Assembly: GCA_951406725.2 (NCBI GenBank)
Contig: OX597815.1
Span: 123,442,001-123,506,000, forward strand
Direction: 5' to 3'
Origin: Octopus vulgaris
Taxonomy: Eukaryota
Length of the DNA stretch: 64,000 nt
Part shown: one piece after another, positions 12,701 to 28,654 of the stretch
Layout of the letters: each line of letters begins with the position of its first letter
Numbering within the stretch: position 1 is the stretch's first letter
Made by a program: the position numbers and the translations under genes
Notes under the pieces: model-generated
Told to the model about the DNA's origin: nothing
Seen by the model: the letters and a program-made list of their open reading frames with translations, nothing else
Database searches by the model: none

Positions 12701-13277
12701 TTGTGATAGTGATATGTCAGATATACTATTTAATCTTTTCATATCTCTTATGATTAAATTGTCAGAATACAGAAAATTAACTTTCAAATACCTTTAATAA
12801 TAATCTTTAGCTCTAGAACTAAAAATATTATAATATTCCTAATAATAATTTTAAGTCAAAAATATATTGAAAAATACTATGTGTTATTTTTAATTTCTAT
12901 GATTATATATTTTCTTTATGATACCAAAATAAAAATTGTTTGAAGATTCCTTAATTTTAGACTAAGCAAAGTGTTGTGAAGAGAAAATGTTTCACTATAT
13001 AATGTGCTTGCAAAAAATATTTCAAGTGAATATGACTCATAGAAGCTTCAAAACAACATTTCAAACAGTTGTCACCATTACTGAAATAGAAAATAGAAAG
13101 AACATGCATAGACATATGGAAAACACACATACATACATACATACATACAACTTTTAGAGATAAATACAAATCCATTCACAGCACAGACACACACATCACA
13201 TGAACACACACACTAACACATAGAACATTTGGGCCAAAGGACAAGGCATAAAGGAAGTCTAACACATACACATTGAT

Positions 13278-13308
<31 letters not shown>

Positions 13309-13643
13309 GGGTTCTGCAAAAATGAATACACAAATTTAATGAATTTGTTATGAAAAAAACAGCATTTATAGTCTTACATAAATGTCAAAACTACTATTGT
13401 CATTTGTTTTGCGTAGCCCTCGTTAGCTCAATATTTTGTACACTTATACTTATCTCCTATCTACCCCACCTCTCTCTATCTATAGCTCTTATCCTCTCTC
13501 ATATAAAGACAGAAATTATGTATAACAAACACATACACATGTACTTGCTCAAGGTGAAATACAGTGGAACTAAGCCTGAAATCATGTGGTTTGAAAAAGA
13601 ACTTAACCACATAGATATGCCTGAGTCTATATATACATATGTA

Positions 13644-13692
<49 letters not shown>

Positions 13693-13700
13693 CGTACATA

Positions 13701-14220
13701 CAGGCTGTGGTGGATAAATTGTCGCCTAAATTAGTCAAAAATGAATATAACATTGACATCTCATTCTAACAGATATATTTATCAAAATATCTTGAAATAC
13801 TAAAGAGTAAATTTACTCAATAAAATCGCCATTGGCTTCAACCATGGCCTCCAAATAACTTGGGAATCTCCTGCAACTCTTCTGGATGGTCCCCTTGTTT
13901 AAGTTGGTGAATGCTGCCATGATCTTAGCCCTCAGTTCGTCTCTGGTGGCTAGATGTTAGGGGTGATGTGGTCGCAGAAACTGTCTGACAGTCATGACTG
14001 GATTCTCATGCTTGTGTGTCATAGGGTAGAGTCTTGTTGCCAGACACAGGGTTTTCCCACTCTCTTGGCCCAGGGCAGCACTACCTTGCCAGGCACTTGA
14101 TGAATGCCTCCATGTTGAGTGAGGCTGTGTGGGAACATGAATGGAAGCATAATGTCACCATCACTAGTGATCACTCCAGACACCATGATGTTGACTGGAT
14201 GTTTGATTTTCATGACTCTC
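13701..14220 (-). mobile_element. Tc1/mariner-superfamily transposon fragment (DD37D/maT-like), internally deleted
   Basis: KHPVNIMVSGVITSDGDIMLPFMFP...VVLPW...VWQQDS and C-terminal ELRAKIMAAFTNLNKGTIQKSCRRFPSYLEAMVEANGDFIE*. Probable terminus TA|CAGGCTGTGG at 13699-13710 next to (TA)n. D spacing cannot be checked because of the deletion. Confidence 0.75.
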
Positions 14221-14722
14221 TTGGCTTAACAGCTCTCACCGCTTGTTTTTACTGTTTTGTTCTCACTGCCCTGTTCTTGTTACCACATTCACTCTCCGCA
14301 AAAAATCCCAAAGGGTTGAATAAGAAATTCTAACCGCTAAAATATTTTAAATAAAAATCGTATAGAATAATCGTATGGAGCTAGATCTATCGTGCTTTTA
14401 CTAATAAAACAAAACTCTAATATATTTTTAAATAGATAGCTGCGAGCTCTTACACTATGGCTATTTCTTTCACTCTAACTGCACCTGATTTGGAACATAA
14501 AGAAATAAATAGTATTTGTACGTTGCCTAAAAAAGTTTAATTGACTATATAGTTAATTTAATTTAATCTAATTTAGGTAACACAACTTAAATCAAATAAG
14601 TTACTAATACTTCATAATTTCTATTATAAAGTTAAATAAGTAATGCCACTGCCTTAAAAGTACTATAAGAAATTTCACTATGATAAGTAACACTCTCACA
14701 CCTTGTAATTGACCTCTAGGTA

Positions 14723-16013
14723 CGAGGGACGTTCAATAAGTAATGCCCCTGACCCACTTGCAGTTGATTGATCTTGCTGAAATTTTGCATGTGCAATTAT
14801 TCATATCTCTATAGATTACATGGTGAATTACAGCTCTGAACTAATTGTGGTTTCTGATTTCCAGGTGTTTGAACTTAGTTAAGTGTGAAATGGAGCCTGT
14901 TGAGTGTCGAGCAGTGATCCGTTTTTTGTATTTGAAAGGACGCACACCATGGGAGACTTTTGATGAAATGAAAGTAACTTATGGTGATGATGCCCCATCA
15001 TATGACCTTGTAAAATGCTGGCATCATGAATTCAAACATGGTCGGAACTCTGTGGAAAAGGCTCCCAGATCTGGTCGCCCCCTTCTGCCATTGATGAGGC
15101 ATCTGTCTGTCAAGTTGAGGCTGCCATTTTGGAAGATTGGCACGTAACTATTCGCCAAATAGCCCATTAGGTCAAGATTAGTACCAGGTCTGTGGAAACT
15201 ATCATTCATGACCCTTTGCATATGCAAAGGTTGTCTTCCAGATGGATTCCCAGGTTGTTCACACCTTTTCAGAAGCAAGAACGCGTCGAGTGCTCGAGGA
15301 TGAATTTGGAGATGTGCCAAGAAGATGAGTCAAAGTTTTTCAAAAGACTGATTGCACAGGATGAAATCTGGGTCCATCACTATGATCCAGAGACCAAAGC
15401 CCAGTCAATGCAAGGGAAGCACCGTGACTCACCTCCTCCAAAGAAGGCAAGGGTGCAGCCCTCCACTGGCAAGGACATACTCACAGTCTTCTGGGACCAG
15501 GATGGAGTAGTGATGACAGATTTCCTGGCAAAGTGTACCACAATTACAGGAGCCTATTATGCTTCATTTTTGAGGAAATTAAGAGAAGCTATCAAAATCA
15601 AGAGGCTGGGCAAGATCAGCAAATGCATCCTCCTCCTGCAGGACAACGCTCCGGTCCACAACTCGCGTGTCGCCAGATCAGAAACACAGGCGTGCGGCTA
15701 TGAACTCCTCCCCCATCCCCCTACTCTCTTGACCTTGCACCCTCTGATTTTCACCTCTTCCCAGCCATGAAGTTGTTTTTGAAAGGAAAACGTTTCCCAG
15801 GTGATGCAGCCTTGATTTCTGAAGTCACGTCGTGGTTGGAGGACCAAGCTGGGGTCTTCTACAAAAACGGTCTTCAGAGCTGCATCAAACGATGGGAGAA
15901 ATGCGTAACTCTGGGTGCTTCCTATGCACGAAAAGACTAATAACTGTGCCAAGTTTCGTTGCTCTACTGCTATGGGAAGTGGGTCAGGGGCATTACTTAT
16001 TGAACGCCCCTCG
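14723..16013 (+). mobile_element. Full-length mariner (DD34D) DNA transposon, 1291 bp, 37-bp TIRs, TA TSD
   Basis: TIR CGAGGG(A/G)CGTTCAATAAGTAATGCCCCTGACCCACTT at both ends (1 mismatch), TA at 14721-22 and 16014-15. Confidence 0.97.
14890..15940 (+). pseudogene. Mariner transposase pseudogene (two frameshifts and one stop)
   Basis: MEPVECRAVIRF...RSGRP, WIPRLFT, DEIW, QDNAPVH and HPPYSLDLAPSDF with D-34-D spacing after frameshift repair. Frameshifts near 15080 and 15720, in-frame TAG at 15168-15170. Confidence 0.93.
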
Positions 16014-16978
16014 TATAGACCTACAGTCTGTCATTGTATAAATAGTAACAGTAATAAATAAATAAATTATATGACCTCCTTTCTAGTATTGCACTTGAAT
16101 CTCTTAATGTATTTTCCTCTAGTGATAGCCTTTGACCCCTTTATCCCTTCCCTTGTTCTCTTTAGATTCTTATATCTGCTTTGGCTCCGTGGGATTGGCA
16201 TTTAGCAGCTGAATACTGGTCAAAAGTAATGTTCTCCTTTATAAATCTTAGATTCCTGCAAATTCTAAGCCAGACTGTCTGTCTCCACAGAAAGAGACCT
16301 TTCTGTGTAGGTGGGTACCTGCAACCCCTTCCCTCTCAGTTATCCCAGAATGCTCTATGTGGGCTGTTTTTCTATGCTCCACATAATTCCTTCAGCCATT
16401 ATAATTCTAACATAGCAGTTTTGTGAAATGAACAGAGGTGTGACAAGTATCTTATCATATATCAGGAAATTATACCCATCTTATGGATTAATCATGGAGA
16501 GATTCATCGTCTGTGAGTATGAAATATCTCTTCATATCTCCGGTAATTGCACCTACATTATGGATGGATTCACCTTTTCTGTGAAGCTAACAAACTTTTT
16601 TAAAGCCTGTTATAAGACTGTGCATCATTAGAGAACTTTAGAAGTCTGCTTAAAATCTAAATTTGCTTTTTATAGAACTATCTTTCATACTTCATGAGTA
16701 TAGCCTCACCCACTAGGATGCTTGGAGAACTCAAAAGTGTTTTGGCTGATGAGTACGCGACACTTGTATTTGCTGCAATATTTGCAGGTTTTAATAAAGC
16801 TGGTCTTCGTATGAAACAATTGTACTGAAAAAATAATCCATTCTTGTTGCTTTTTTCTTGTTTATAATCACCCCACATTATTTTATGGTTAATACCATAT
16901 AGTTTTCTGGTGCATCTAAGTTAAGTACCGCATTCAAGTGAATTCAATAGAACTCACTTGAATCTTAATTACTTTTAC

Positions 16979-16980
16979 TG

Positions 16981-17020
<40 letters not shown>

Positions 17021-17225
17021 TATATACATATATATATACATATATATATACATATATATATACATATACACATATACATACATATACACATATACATACA
17101 TATACATACATATATATATACATATATATACATATACATACACATATATATACATATACACATATATATACATATACACATATATATACATATACACATA
17201 TATATACATATACACATATATATAC
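16979..17225. repeat. (TA/TACA/CA)n microsatellite
   Basis: Direct inspection. Confidence 0.97.
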
Positions 17226-19352
17226 ATACTTTGATACTTTGATAGGTTTCGGCCATTATTGGCCCAGGCCATGTCTAACTTAATAGCACCACCTGGTGAA
17301 GTCTTTCAAGTCAGAATTTGGGCACTATGGCCCACTCAAGTAGAGAGTTATTGTTTACAGAGACATATCCGGGTGTAGGGGGTTTATCCGGGATTTCTTG
17401 AAGGAATCTGTCCAAAGACTTCTTGAACCCTATAGGGTCAGTTTCTGTTTTAATGTGTTTTGGTGTAATGTTAAAGAGAGCGGGGCCAATTGAGGTGAAA
17501 TAATTGTGCCGTATTGTTGTTATGAGATGAGAGTGCGATTTTTGTTTTGGGCGGATGGCACAGGGCCCAAGCCTTGGATGTACCTTAAAGGTGATGCCAA
17601 CATCATTTGGGCAATGCTGATGGAATATTTTCCACATCATGCAGATGATGTAGCGCTCACGACGACGTTGGAGAGAATAGAGTTTTAGCTTTTCTAGTCG
17701 ACCCCAATAGTCGAGGCCTGTCATGCCATCTATCTTTTTTGTGATTGCCGTTTGAGGTGCTTCAACTTTTATGATACCTTGTATTGTGTGGGGAGACCAC
17801 AGTGGACAACAGTATTCAAGGTGGGGTCGGGCAAAAGTGGAGAAGAGAAGGATAATGGTGTGGATATCTCTCGACTGGAAAGTTCTGAGAATCCAGGAAC
17901 ACATTCTGCGGGCCATGTCAACTTTGGTGTTTATATGAGTGGCCCAGCTTACGTTGTTGTCCACAATTACTCCCAAGTCTCTGATGTTGTTGGACGCCGC
18001 GAGAGTTTCACCTGAAGGAAGGGAGTATGGGAGTTTCAGGGCATCCTCTTTTCCAAAGTGGATTAGCTCAAATTTATCCTCGTTCAGCAGCATATTGTTT
18101 TTTTCTGCCCATTGGATAACAGCCAGTAGATCTGACTGAAGGCATGTCCGGTCATTCGCCTCATTTATGACCTTCTGTAGCTTGGAGTCATCTGCAAAGA
18201 TTTTTATGTTGCTGTGCTTGATGATGTCATTAATGTCAATGTAAATGATGAAAAGAAGTGGGCCCAGCACAGTGCCTTGCGGAACGCCACTACTGACTTT
18301 GGCTGGGCTTGATTTTACCCCTTCAACTACAACATGTTGAGATCTGTCTGTCAGGAAACACTTAATCCATTTCAGTAACTTTCTAGAGACACCAATGTTG
18401 GATAGTTTTTTCAATAGGATCTTGTGATCGACCCTGTCGAAGGCCTTACTGAAATCAAGGTAGATGACATCGGTGTTGGAGCCTTCTCCCAAAGCTCTCA
18501 AAATGTCCTCAAAGTGATGCAGGAGCTGCGTTAGGCAGTCCCTTCCATTACGGAACCCATGTTGGTTGGAGATCAGCAGTCTGTTGCTTTCCAGAAATTG
18601 GGTTATTCAAGATCTCACCACCCTCTCAAATACCTTGATGATATGAGAGGTGAGTGAGATCGGACGGTAATTCACTGCAAGGGACTTGTTTCCCTTTTTG
18701 AAAACTGGGACAACAGACTGGGACAGAAGGTTTTTTGGAATATAGCCAGCATCCAGTGAGTTTCTCCACAGATTAGCAAGGGGAGATGCAAGTTGGTGTC
18801 GACGCACCTTCAGGACACAAGCAGGGAACCTATCGGGGCCTACTGCTGAATTGTGTTTTATTTCGTTTATCGCCGCTAAGACATCAGGGGCACTAAACGT
18901 TATGTCCGATATAGTGTGTTGGGGGTTGACATCACTGATACAGCCCAGATCGGCCATATCAGGATTGCTGAAAACAGAGCAGTATTGTTTCTGCAGTATC
19001 TCGGCCATGGATTTGGCATTATCTTGGAGAGTGCTAGTTTCGTCAATTAGAGGGCCTACAGTGGAGACAGTGACCCTGCGTTTCCTCGCAAATGAAAAGA
19101 ACACTTTGGGGCTGAGTTTGATTTTTTCAATGGCCCACTTCTCCTCAGCTGATCTTTGGTTATTAATGAGGGTCTTCATGCATTGTTGGAGGTTATATTT
19201 TTTGGATTCAAGCAGTGCGATAGCCGTCGAATGTGTGTGTTGCTGTTGGCAGTACTTTAGTTTGTTAATTTTTTTGTTTGTTCTTTTTATTTTTCTGATA
19301 ATGGTTTTTCTGTTTTGGGGGATTCTGCACTTTTTGTTCACAGGTCTTGGTG
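17226..19352 (-). mobile_element. CR1-group (Jockey superfamily) LINE, 5'-truncated, near-intact RT domain with a single premature stop
   Basis: [42 protein letters not shown] and LEYCCPLWSP motifs. ORFs 18607-20232 and 17311-18501 are in the same frame, split by TGA at 18607-18609. Short 3'UTR ends in an 8-bp repeat (TATCAAAG)2. Confidence 0.93.
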
Positions 19353-19712
19353 TATATGTATATACACACACATATATACATATACACACATATATACATA
19401 TACACACATATATACATATACACACATATATACATATACACACATATATACATATACACATATATATACATATACACAATATACATATACACATATATAT
19501 ACATATACATATACACATATATACATATACACATATATACATATACACATATATACATATACATATATACACATACATATATACACATATATATATATAT
19601 ATATACACATATATACACATATACATATACATATATACACATATATACATATACACATATACACATATATACATATACATATATACACATACACATATAT
19701 ACATATACACAC

Positions 19713-19743
<31 letters not shown>

Positions 19744-20611
19744 TACATATACACATATATACATATACATATATACACATATATACACATATATATATAT
19801 ATACACATATACATACATATATATATATACACATATGTATACATATATACATATACACATATGTATACATATATACATATACACATATATATACATATAT
19901 ACATATACACATATATATACATATATACATATACACACATATATATATACACATATATACATATATATATATATATACATATATATATACACATATATAC
20001 ACATATATATACACATATACATATAATCACATATACATATATACACATATACATATATACACATACATATATACACATACATATATACACATACATATAT
20101 ACATACATACGCATATACATACATACACATATACATACATACGCATATACATACATACGCATATACATATACACATATATATATATACACATATATATAC
20201 ACACATATATATACACACATATATATACACACATATACATATAATCACATATACATATATACACATACATATATACACATACATATATACACATATACAT
20301 ACATACATACGCATATACATACATACGCATATACATACACATACATATATACATACATACGCATATACATACATACGCATATACATACATACGCATATAC
20401 ATACATACACATACATACATACACATATACATACATACATATACATATATATACATACACAGATATATACATACACATATATATATACATACATACATAT
20501 ACATACATACATATATACATACATATACATACATATATATATACATATACATACATATATACATACATATACATACATATATACATACATATACATACAT
20601 ACATACATACA

Positions 20612-20643
<32 letters not shown>

Positions 20644-20658
20644 CATACATACATATAT

Positions 20659-20783
20659 CCTTAAATCCTTAAAAATATTTTAGCCCGAAGGCCGTGGCCA
20701 TGCTGGGGCACCACCGCTGAATGAGCTACACTAGTTTGTGAATCCACCTCTGATACGTGGCACTTGATCAACAAGGGAGTTGA
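20659..20783 (-). mobile_element. Short 3'-end fragment of a SINE/LINE inside the microsatellite
   Basis: Minus strand ...GGTGGTGCCCCAGCATGGCCACGGCCTTCGGGCTAAAA followed by a (TTTAAGGA)-type tail. Motif shared with the SINE tails at 31951 and 41725. Confidence 0.7.
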
Positions 20784-21284
20784 TACATACATATACATAC
20801 ATACATATATACATACATATATACATACATATATACATACATATATATATACATATATATATACATACATATACATACATATATATATACATACATATAC
20901 ATACATATATATATACATATACATACATACATACATATATATATACATATACATACATACATACATATATATATACATATACATACATACATACATATAT
21001 ATATACATATACATACATACATACATATATATATACATATATATACATATACATACATACATATACATATACATACATACATATACATATACATACATAC
21101 ATATACATACATACATATACATATACATACATACATATACATATACATACATACATATACATATACATACATACATATACATATACATACATACATATAC
21201 ATACATATACATACATACATATACATATACATACATACATATATATATACATATACATACATACATATATATACATATACATAC

Positions 21285-21317
<33 letters not shown>

Positions 21318-21424
21318 CATATACATACATATATATATATACATATACATACATATATATATATATACATATACATACATATATATATATATACATATAC
21401 ATACATATATATATATATTACAAA

Positions 21425-21455
<31 letters not shown>

Positions 21456-21738
21456 TATACATACATATATATATATATACATATACATACATATATATAT
21501 ACATACATATACATACATATATATATACATACATATACATACATATACATATACATACATATACATACATATATATATACATACATATACATACATATAT
21601 ATATACATACATATACATACATATATATATACATACATATACATACATATACATATACATACATATACATATATATATATATACATACATATATATATAT
21701 ACATATACATACATATACATATATATACATATACATAC

Positions 21739-21783
<45 letters not shown>

Positions 21784-22552
21784 CATACATATATATATAT
21801 ACATACATATACATACATACATATATATATATATACATATACATACATATATATATATATACATATACATACATATATATATATATACATATACATACAT
21901 ATATATATATACATATACATACATATATATATATATACATATACATACATATATATATATATACATATACATACATATATATATATACATATACATACAT
22001 ATATATATACATATACATACTAAATATACATACACATATACATATACATATACATACATATATATATATACATATACATATATATATATATATACATATA
22101 CATACATATATATATATATACATATACATACATATATATATATACATATACATACATATATATATATACATATATACATATACATACATATATATATATA
22201 TATACATATACATACATATATATATATACATATACATACATATATATATATACATATACATACATATATATATATACATATACATACATATATATATATA
22301 CATATACACATATATATATATACATATACATACATATATATATATACATACATACATATAAAACACACATACACATACATATATATATATATACATATAC
22401 ATACATATATATATATATACATATACATACATATATATATATACATATACATACATATATATATATACATATACATACATATATATATATATATATACAT
22501 ACATATATATATATATACATATACATACATATATATATATACATATACATAC

Positions 22553-22602
<50 letters not shown>

Positions 22603-22847
22603 ATATATATACATACATATATATATATACATATACATACATATATATATATATACATATACATACATATATATACATATACATATATATATATACATAT
22701 ACATACATATATATATATACATATACATACATATATATATACATACATATATATATATATACATATACATACATATATATATATACATATATACATACAT
22801 ATATATATATACATATATATACATATACATATATATACATATATATA

Positions 22848-22883
<36 letters not shown>

Positions 22884-22906
22884 CATACATATATATATAC
22901 ATACAT

Positions 22907-22951
<45 letters not shown>

Positions 22952-22952
22952 C

Positions 22953-22983
<31 letters not shown>

Positions 22984-23112
22984 CATACATATACATATAC
23001 ATACATATAAATACATACATATACATACATATATATACATATACATATACATACATATATATATATATACATATACATACATATATATATATACATATAC
23101 ATACATATATAT

Positions 23113-23167
<55 letters not shown>

Positions 23168-23229
23168 CATACATATATATATATACATACATATATATAT
23201 ATACATACATATATATATATACATACATA

Positions 23230-23263
<34 letters not shown>

Positions 23264-23780
23264 CATACATATATATATACATATACATACATATATATAC
23301 ATACATATACATACATATATATACATACATATACATACATATATATATATATACATATACATACATATATATATATACATATACATACATATATATATAT
23401 ATACATACATATACATACATATATATATATATACATACATATATATATATACATACATATACATACATACATATATACATACATATATATATATATATAC
23501 ATATACATACATATATATATATACATACATATATACATATATATACATACATATACATACATATATATATATACATATACATACATATATATATATATAC
23601 ATACATATATATATACATACATATACATACATATATATATATACATACATATACATACATATATATATATACATACATATATATATATACATATACATAC
23701 ATATATATATACATATACATACATATATATATATATACATACATATATATATATATATATATACATACATATATACATAC

Positions 23781-23812
<32 letters not shown>

Positions 23813-23828
23813 ATATATATATACATAC

Positions 23829-23859
<31 letters not shown>

Positions 23860-24717
23860 CATATACATACATATATATATACATACATATATATATATAT
23901 ATATACATACATATACATACATATATATACATATATATACATACATATATATATATATACATACACATATATATATACATACATATATATATATATATAT
24001 ACATACATATATATATATATACATATACATACATATATATACATATACATACATATATATACATATATATATATACATATACATACATATATATATATAC
24101 ATATACATACAAATATATACATATATATATATATACATATACATACATATATATACATATACATACACATACATATATATATATACATACATATATATAC
24201 ATATACATACATATATATATATACATAAACATACATATATATATATATACATAAACATACATATATATATATATACATAAACATACATATATATATATAT
24301 ACATAAACATACATATATATACATATACATACATATATATACATATACATACATATATATATATATACATATACATACATATATATATATATACATATAC
24401 ATACATATATATATACATACATATATATATATATACATACATATATACATACATACATATATATATACATACATACATATATATATATACACACATACAT
24501 ACATATATACATACATACATATACATACATATATATATATACATATATATATATATACATATACATACATATATATATACATACACATATACATACATAT
24601 ATATATACATACATATACATATATATACATATACATACATATATATATACATACATATACATACATATATACACATACATATACATACATATATATATAT
24701 ATACATATACATACATA

Positions 24718-24749
<32 letters not shown>

Positions 24750-25618
24750 CATATACATACATATATATATATATATATACATATACATACATATATATAT
24801 ATATACATATACATACAAATATATACATATATATATATATATATACATACATATATATACATATACATACACATACATATATACATATACATACATATAT
24901 ATATATATATATACATACATATATATATATACATATACATACATATATATATATATACATATACATACATATATATATATACATATACATACATATATAT
25001 ACATATACATACATATATATACATATACATACATATATATATATATACATATACATACATATATATATATACATACATATATATATATATATACATACAT
25101 ATATATATACATATACATACATATATATATATATACATACATATATATACATATACATACATATATATATACATACATACACACACACACACATACATAC
25201 ATATATATATACATACATATATATATATACATACATATATATATACATACATATACATACATATATATATATACATATACATACATATATATATATACAT
25301 ATACATACATATATATATATATACATACATATATATATATACATATACATATATATATATATACATATACATACATATATATATATACATATACATACAT
25401 ATATATATATACATATACATACATATATATATATACATACATATATATATATACATATACATACATATATATATATATACATATACATACATATATATAT
25501 ATATACATATACATACATATATATACATATACATATATACATATACATACATATACATATATATATATATATATATATACATACATATATATATATATAC
25601 ATACATATATATATATAT

Positions 25619-25663
<45 letters not shown>

Positions 25664-25698
25664 CATATATATATATACATATACATACATATATATAC

Positions 25699-25743
<45 letters not shown>

Positions 25744-25744
25744 C

Positions 25745-25775
<31 letters not shown>

Positions 25776-25858
25776 CATATACATACATATATATATATAT
25801 ACATATACATACATATATATATATATACATATACATATATATATATACATACATATAC

Positions 25859-25891
<33 letters not shown>

Positions 25892-25983
25892 CATACATAT
25901 ATATATATATACATATACATACATATATATATATATACATATACATATACATATATATATACATATATATATATATATACATA

Positions 25984-26083
25984 NNNNNNNNNNNNNNNNN
26001 NNNNNNNNNNNNNNNNNNNNNNNNNNNNNNNNNNNNNNNNNNNNNNNNNNNNNNNNNNNNNNNNNNNNNNNNNNNNNNNNNNN
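25984..26083. other. Assembly gap (100 N)
   Basis: Exactly 100 Ns, a typical placeholder of unknown true size. Confidence 0.99.
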
Positions 26084-26539
26084 TATACATACATATACAT
26101 ATATATATATACACATATACATATATATACACATATATATATATATATACATATATATACACACATATATATATATATACATATATATACACATACATAT
26201 ATATATATACATATATATACACATATATATATATATATATACATATATATACACATATATATATATATATACATATATATACACACATATATATATATAT
26301 ATATACATATATACACATATATATATATATATACATATATATACACATATATATATATATATACATATATATACACACATATATATATATATACATATAT
26401 ATACACACATATATATATATATACATATATATACACATATATATATATATACACATATATATACACATATATATATACACATATATATATACACATATAT
26501 ATATACACATATATATATATATACACATATATATACACA

Positions 26540-26589
<50 letters not shown>

Positions 26590-26596
26590 TATACAC

Positions 26597-26631
<35 letters not shown>

Positions 26632-27020
26632 CATATATATACATATATATACACATATACATACATATATATACACATATACATACATATATATACACAT
26701 ATACATACATATATATATATATACACATATACATACATATATATATATATACACATATACATACATATATATATATATACACATATACATACATATATAT
26801 ATATATACACATATACACATATACATATATATACACATATACATATATATATATACACATATACACATATACATACACATATATATACACATATACATAT
26901 ATATATATACACATATACATATATATATATATATATATACATATATATACACATATATATATATATATATACACATATACATATATATATATATACACAT
27001 ATACATATATATATATATAT

Positions 27021-27905
27021 AATTGCTATTTTCAACTCTTTACTGACCATTCATAATTTTATCAAATTTCTCTATCTGTCAATCTTATCTAATCTTATTC
27101 AATTCATATCATTTCTCCTCGTATTAATCAACATTCGTATCTTCGCGCCATCTTGAAGCCTTTTCTCTCTAATTCACATGTACTATCTCTCTCTCTCTCT
27201 CTCTCTCTCATCTACAAGCTGTGAATTTCCGATTGCGAACAAGATAGGTGTTTTGAATTGCTATTTTCAACTCTTTACTGACCATTCATAATTTTATCAA
27301 ATTTCTCTGTCTATCTTTGACCATTCATAATTTTATCAAATTTCTCTATCTGTCTATCTTATCTAATCTTATTCATTTCATATCATTTCTCCTCGTATTA
27401 ATCAACATTCGTATCTTCGCGGTGCACCCGCCCTACCCACCCCCACCACCAATACTGGATATCTACATTTTTGCTCCATCTATACCGGATGTCGCTTCTC
27501 CCACCACCATTATAGGTGTCTACTCTTCGAACCCCCCTCTTCAATACGCTATTTCACCATGCATTACCCCTCTCTCGATATCCTACGTTCTACTTGCCTA
27601 GAACCTGTCATTTCTCTGAACCACCCCTCCCCACTGGTGCTTCCCTATATTTCTGCACCCCCCCCACATAACAAGCACCATCCGAACGTGGCCGATGCCA
27701 GACCTCTCTGGCACCTGTGCAGGTGGCACGTAAAAAACACCCACTACACTCGCGGAGTGGTTGGCGTTAGGAAGGGCATCCAGCTGTAGAAACATTGCCA
27801 GACTAGACTGGAGCCTGGGGCAGTCCCGAGCTCCCCAGACCCCGGTCGAAACCGTCCAACCCGTGCTAGCGCGGAAAACGGACGTTAAACGATGATGATG
27901 ATGAT
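27021..27905 (+). mobile_element. Non-autonomous RTE-related element (tandemly repeated 5' region + RTE 3' tail ending (GAT)n)
   Basis: 27021-27127 is repeated at 27256-27421 with an inner duplication. 27673-27905 matches the RTE 3'UTR (gttggcgttaggaagggcatccagctgtagaaac...gacgttaaacgatgatgat). Many CpGs are retained. Confidence 0.75.
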
Positions 27906-28603
27906 ATACATATACATATACATACATATATATATATACATATATATATATACATATATATACATATATATATACATATATATACATATATATATACATA
28001 TATATATACATATATATACACATATACATATATATATATACACATATACATATATATATATACACATATATACACATATACATATATACATATATATACA
28101 CATATACATATATATATATACACATATATACACATATACATATATATATATACACATATATGCACATATACATATATATAAATACACATATATGCACATA
28201 TACATATATATAAATACACATATATGCACATATACATATATATATATATACACATATATGCACATATACATATATATACATATACACATATATACACATA
28301 TACATATATATACATATACACATATATACACATATACATATATATATATATACACATATATACACATATACATATATACACATATACACATATATACACA
28401 TATACATATATACACATATACCTATATATATATACACATATATATAAACATATATCTATATATATATACATATATATACACATATACATATATATATATA
28501 CATATATATACACATATACATATATATATATACATATATATACACATATACCTATATATATATACATATATATACACATATACATATATATATACACATA
28601 TAC

Positions 28604-28654
<51 letters not shown>

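Noticed and set aside
16181-16878. Short ORFs next to the mariner
   Set aside because: No recognisable motifs or consistent splice signals, so no call can be supported.
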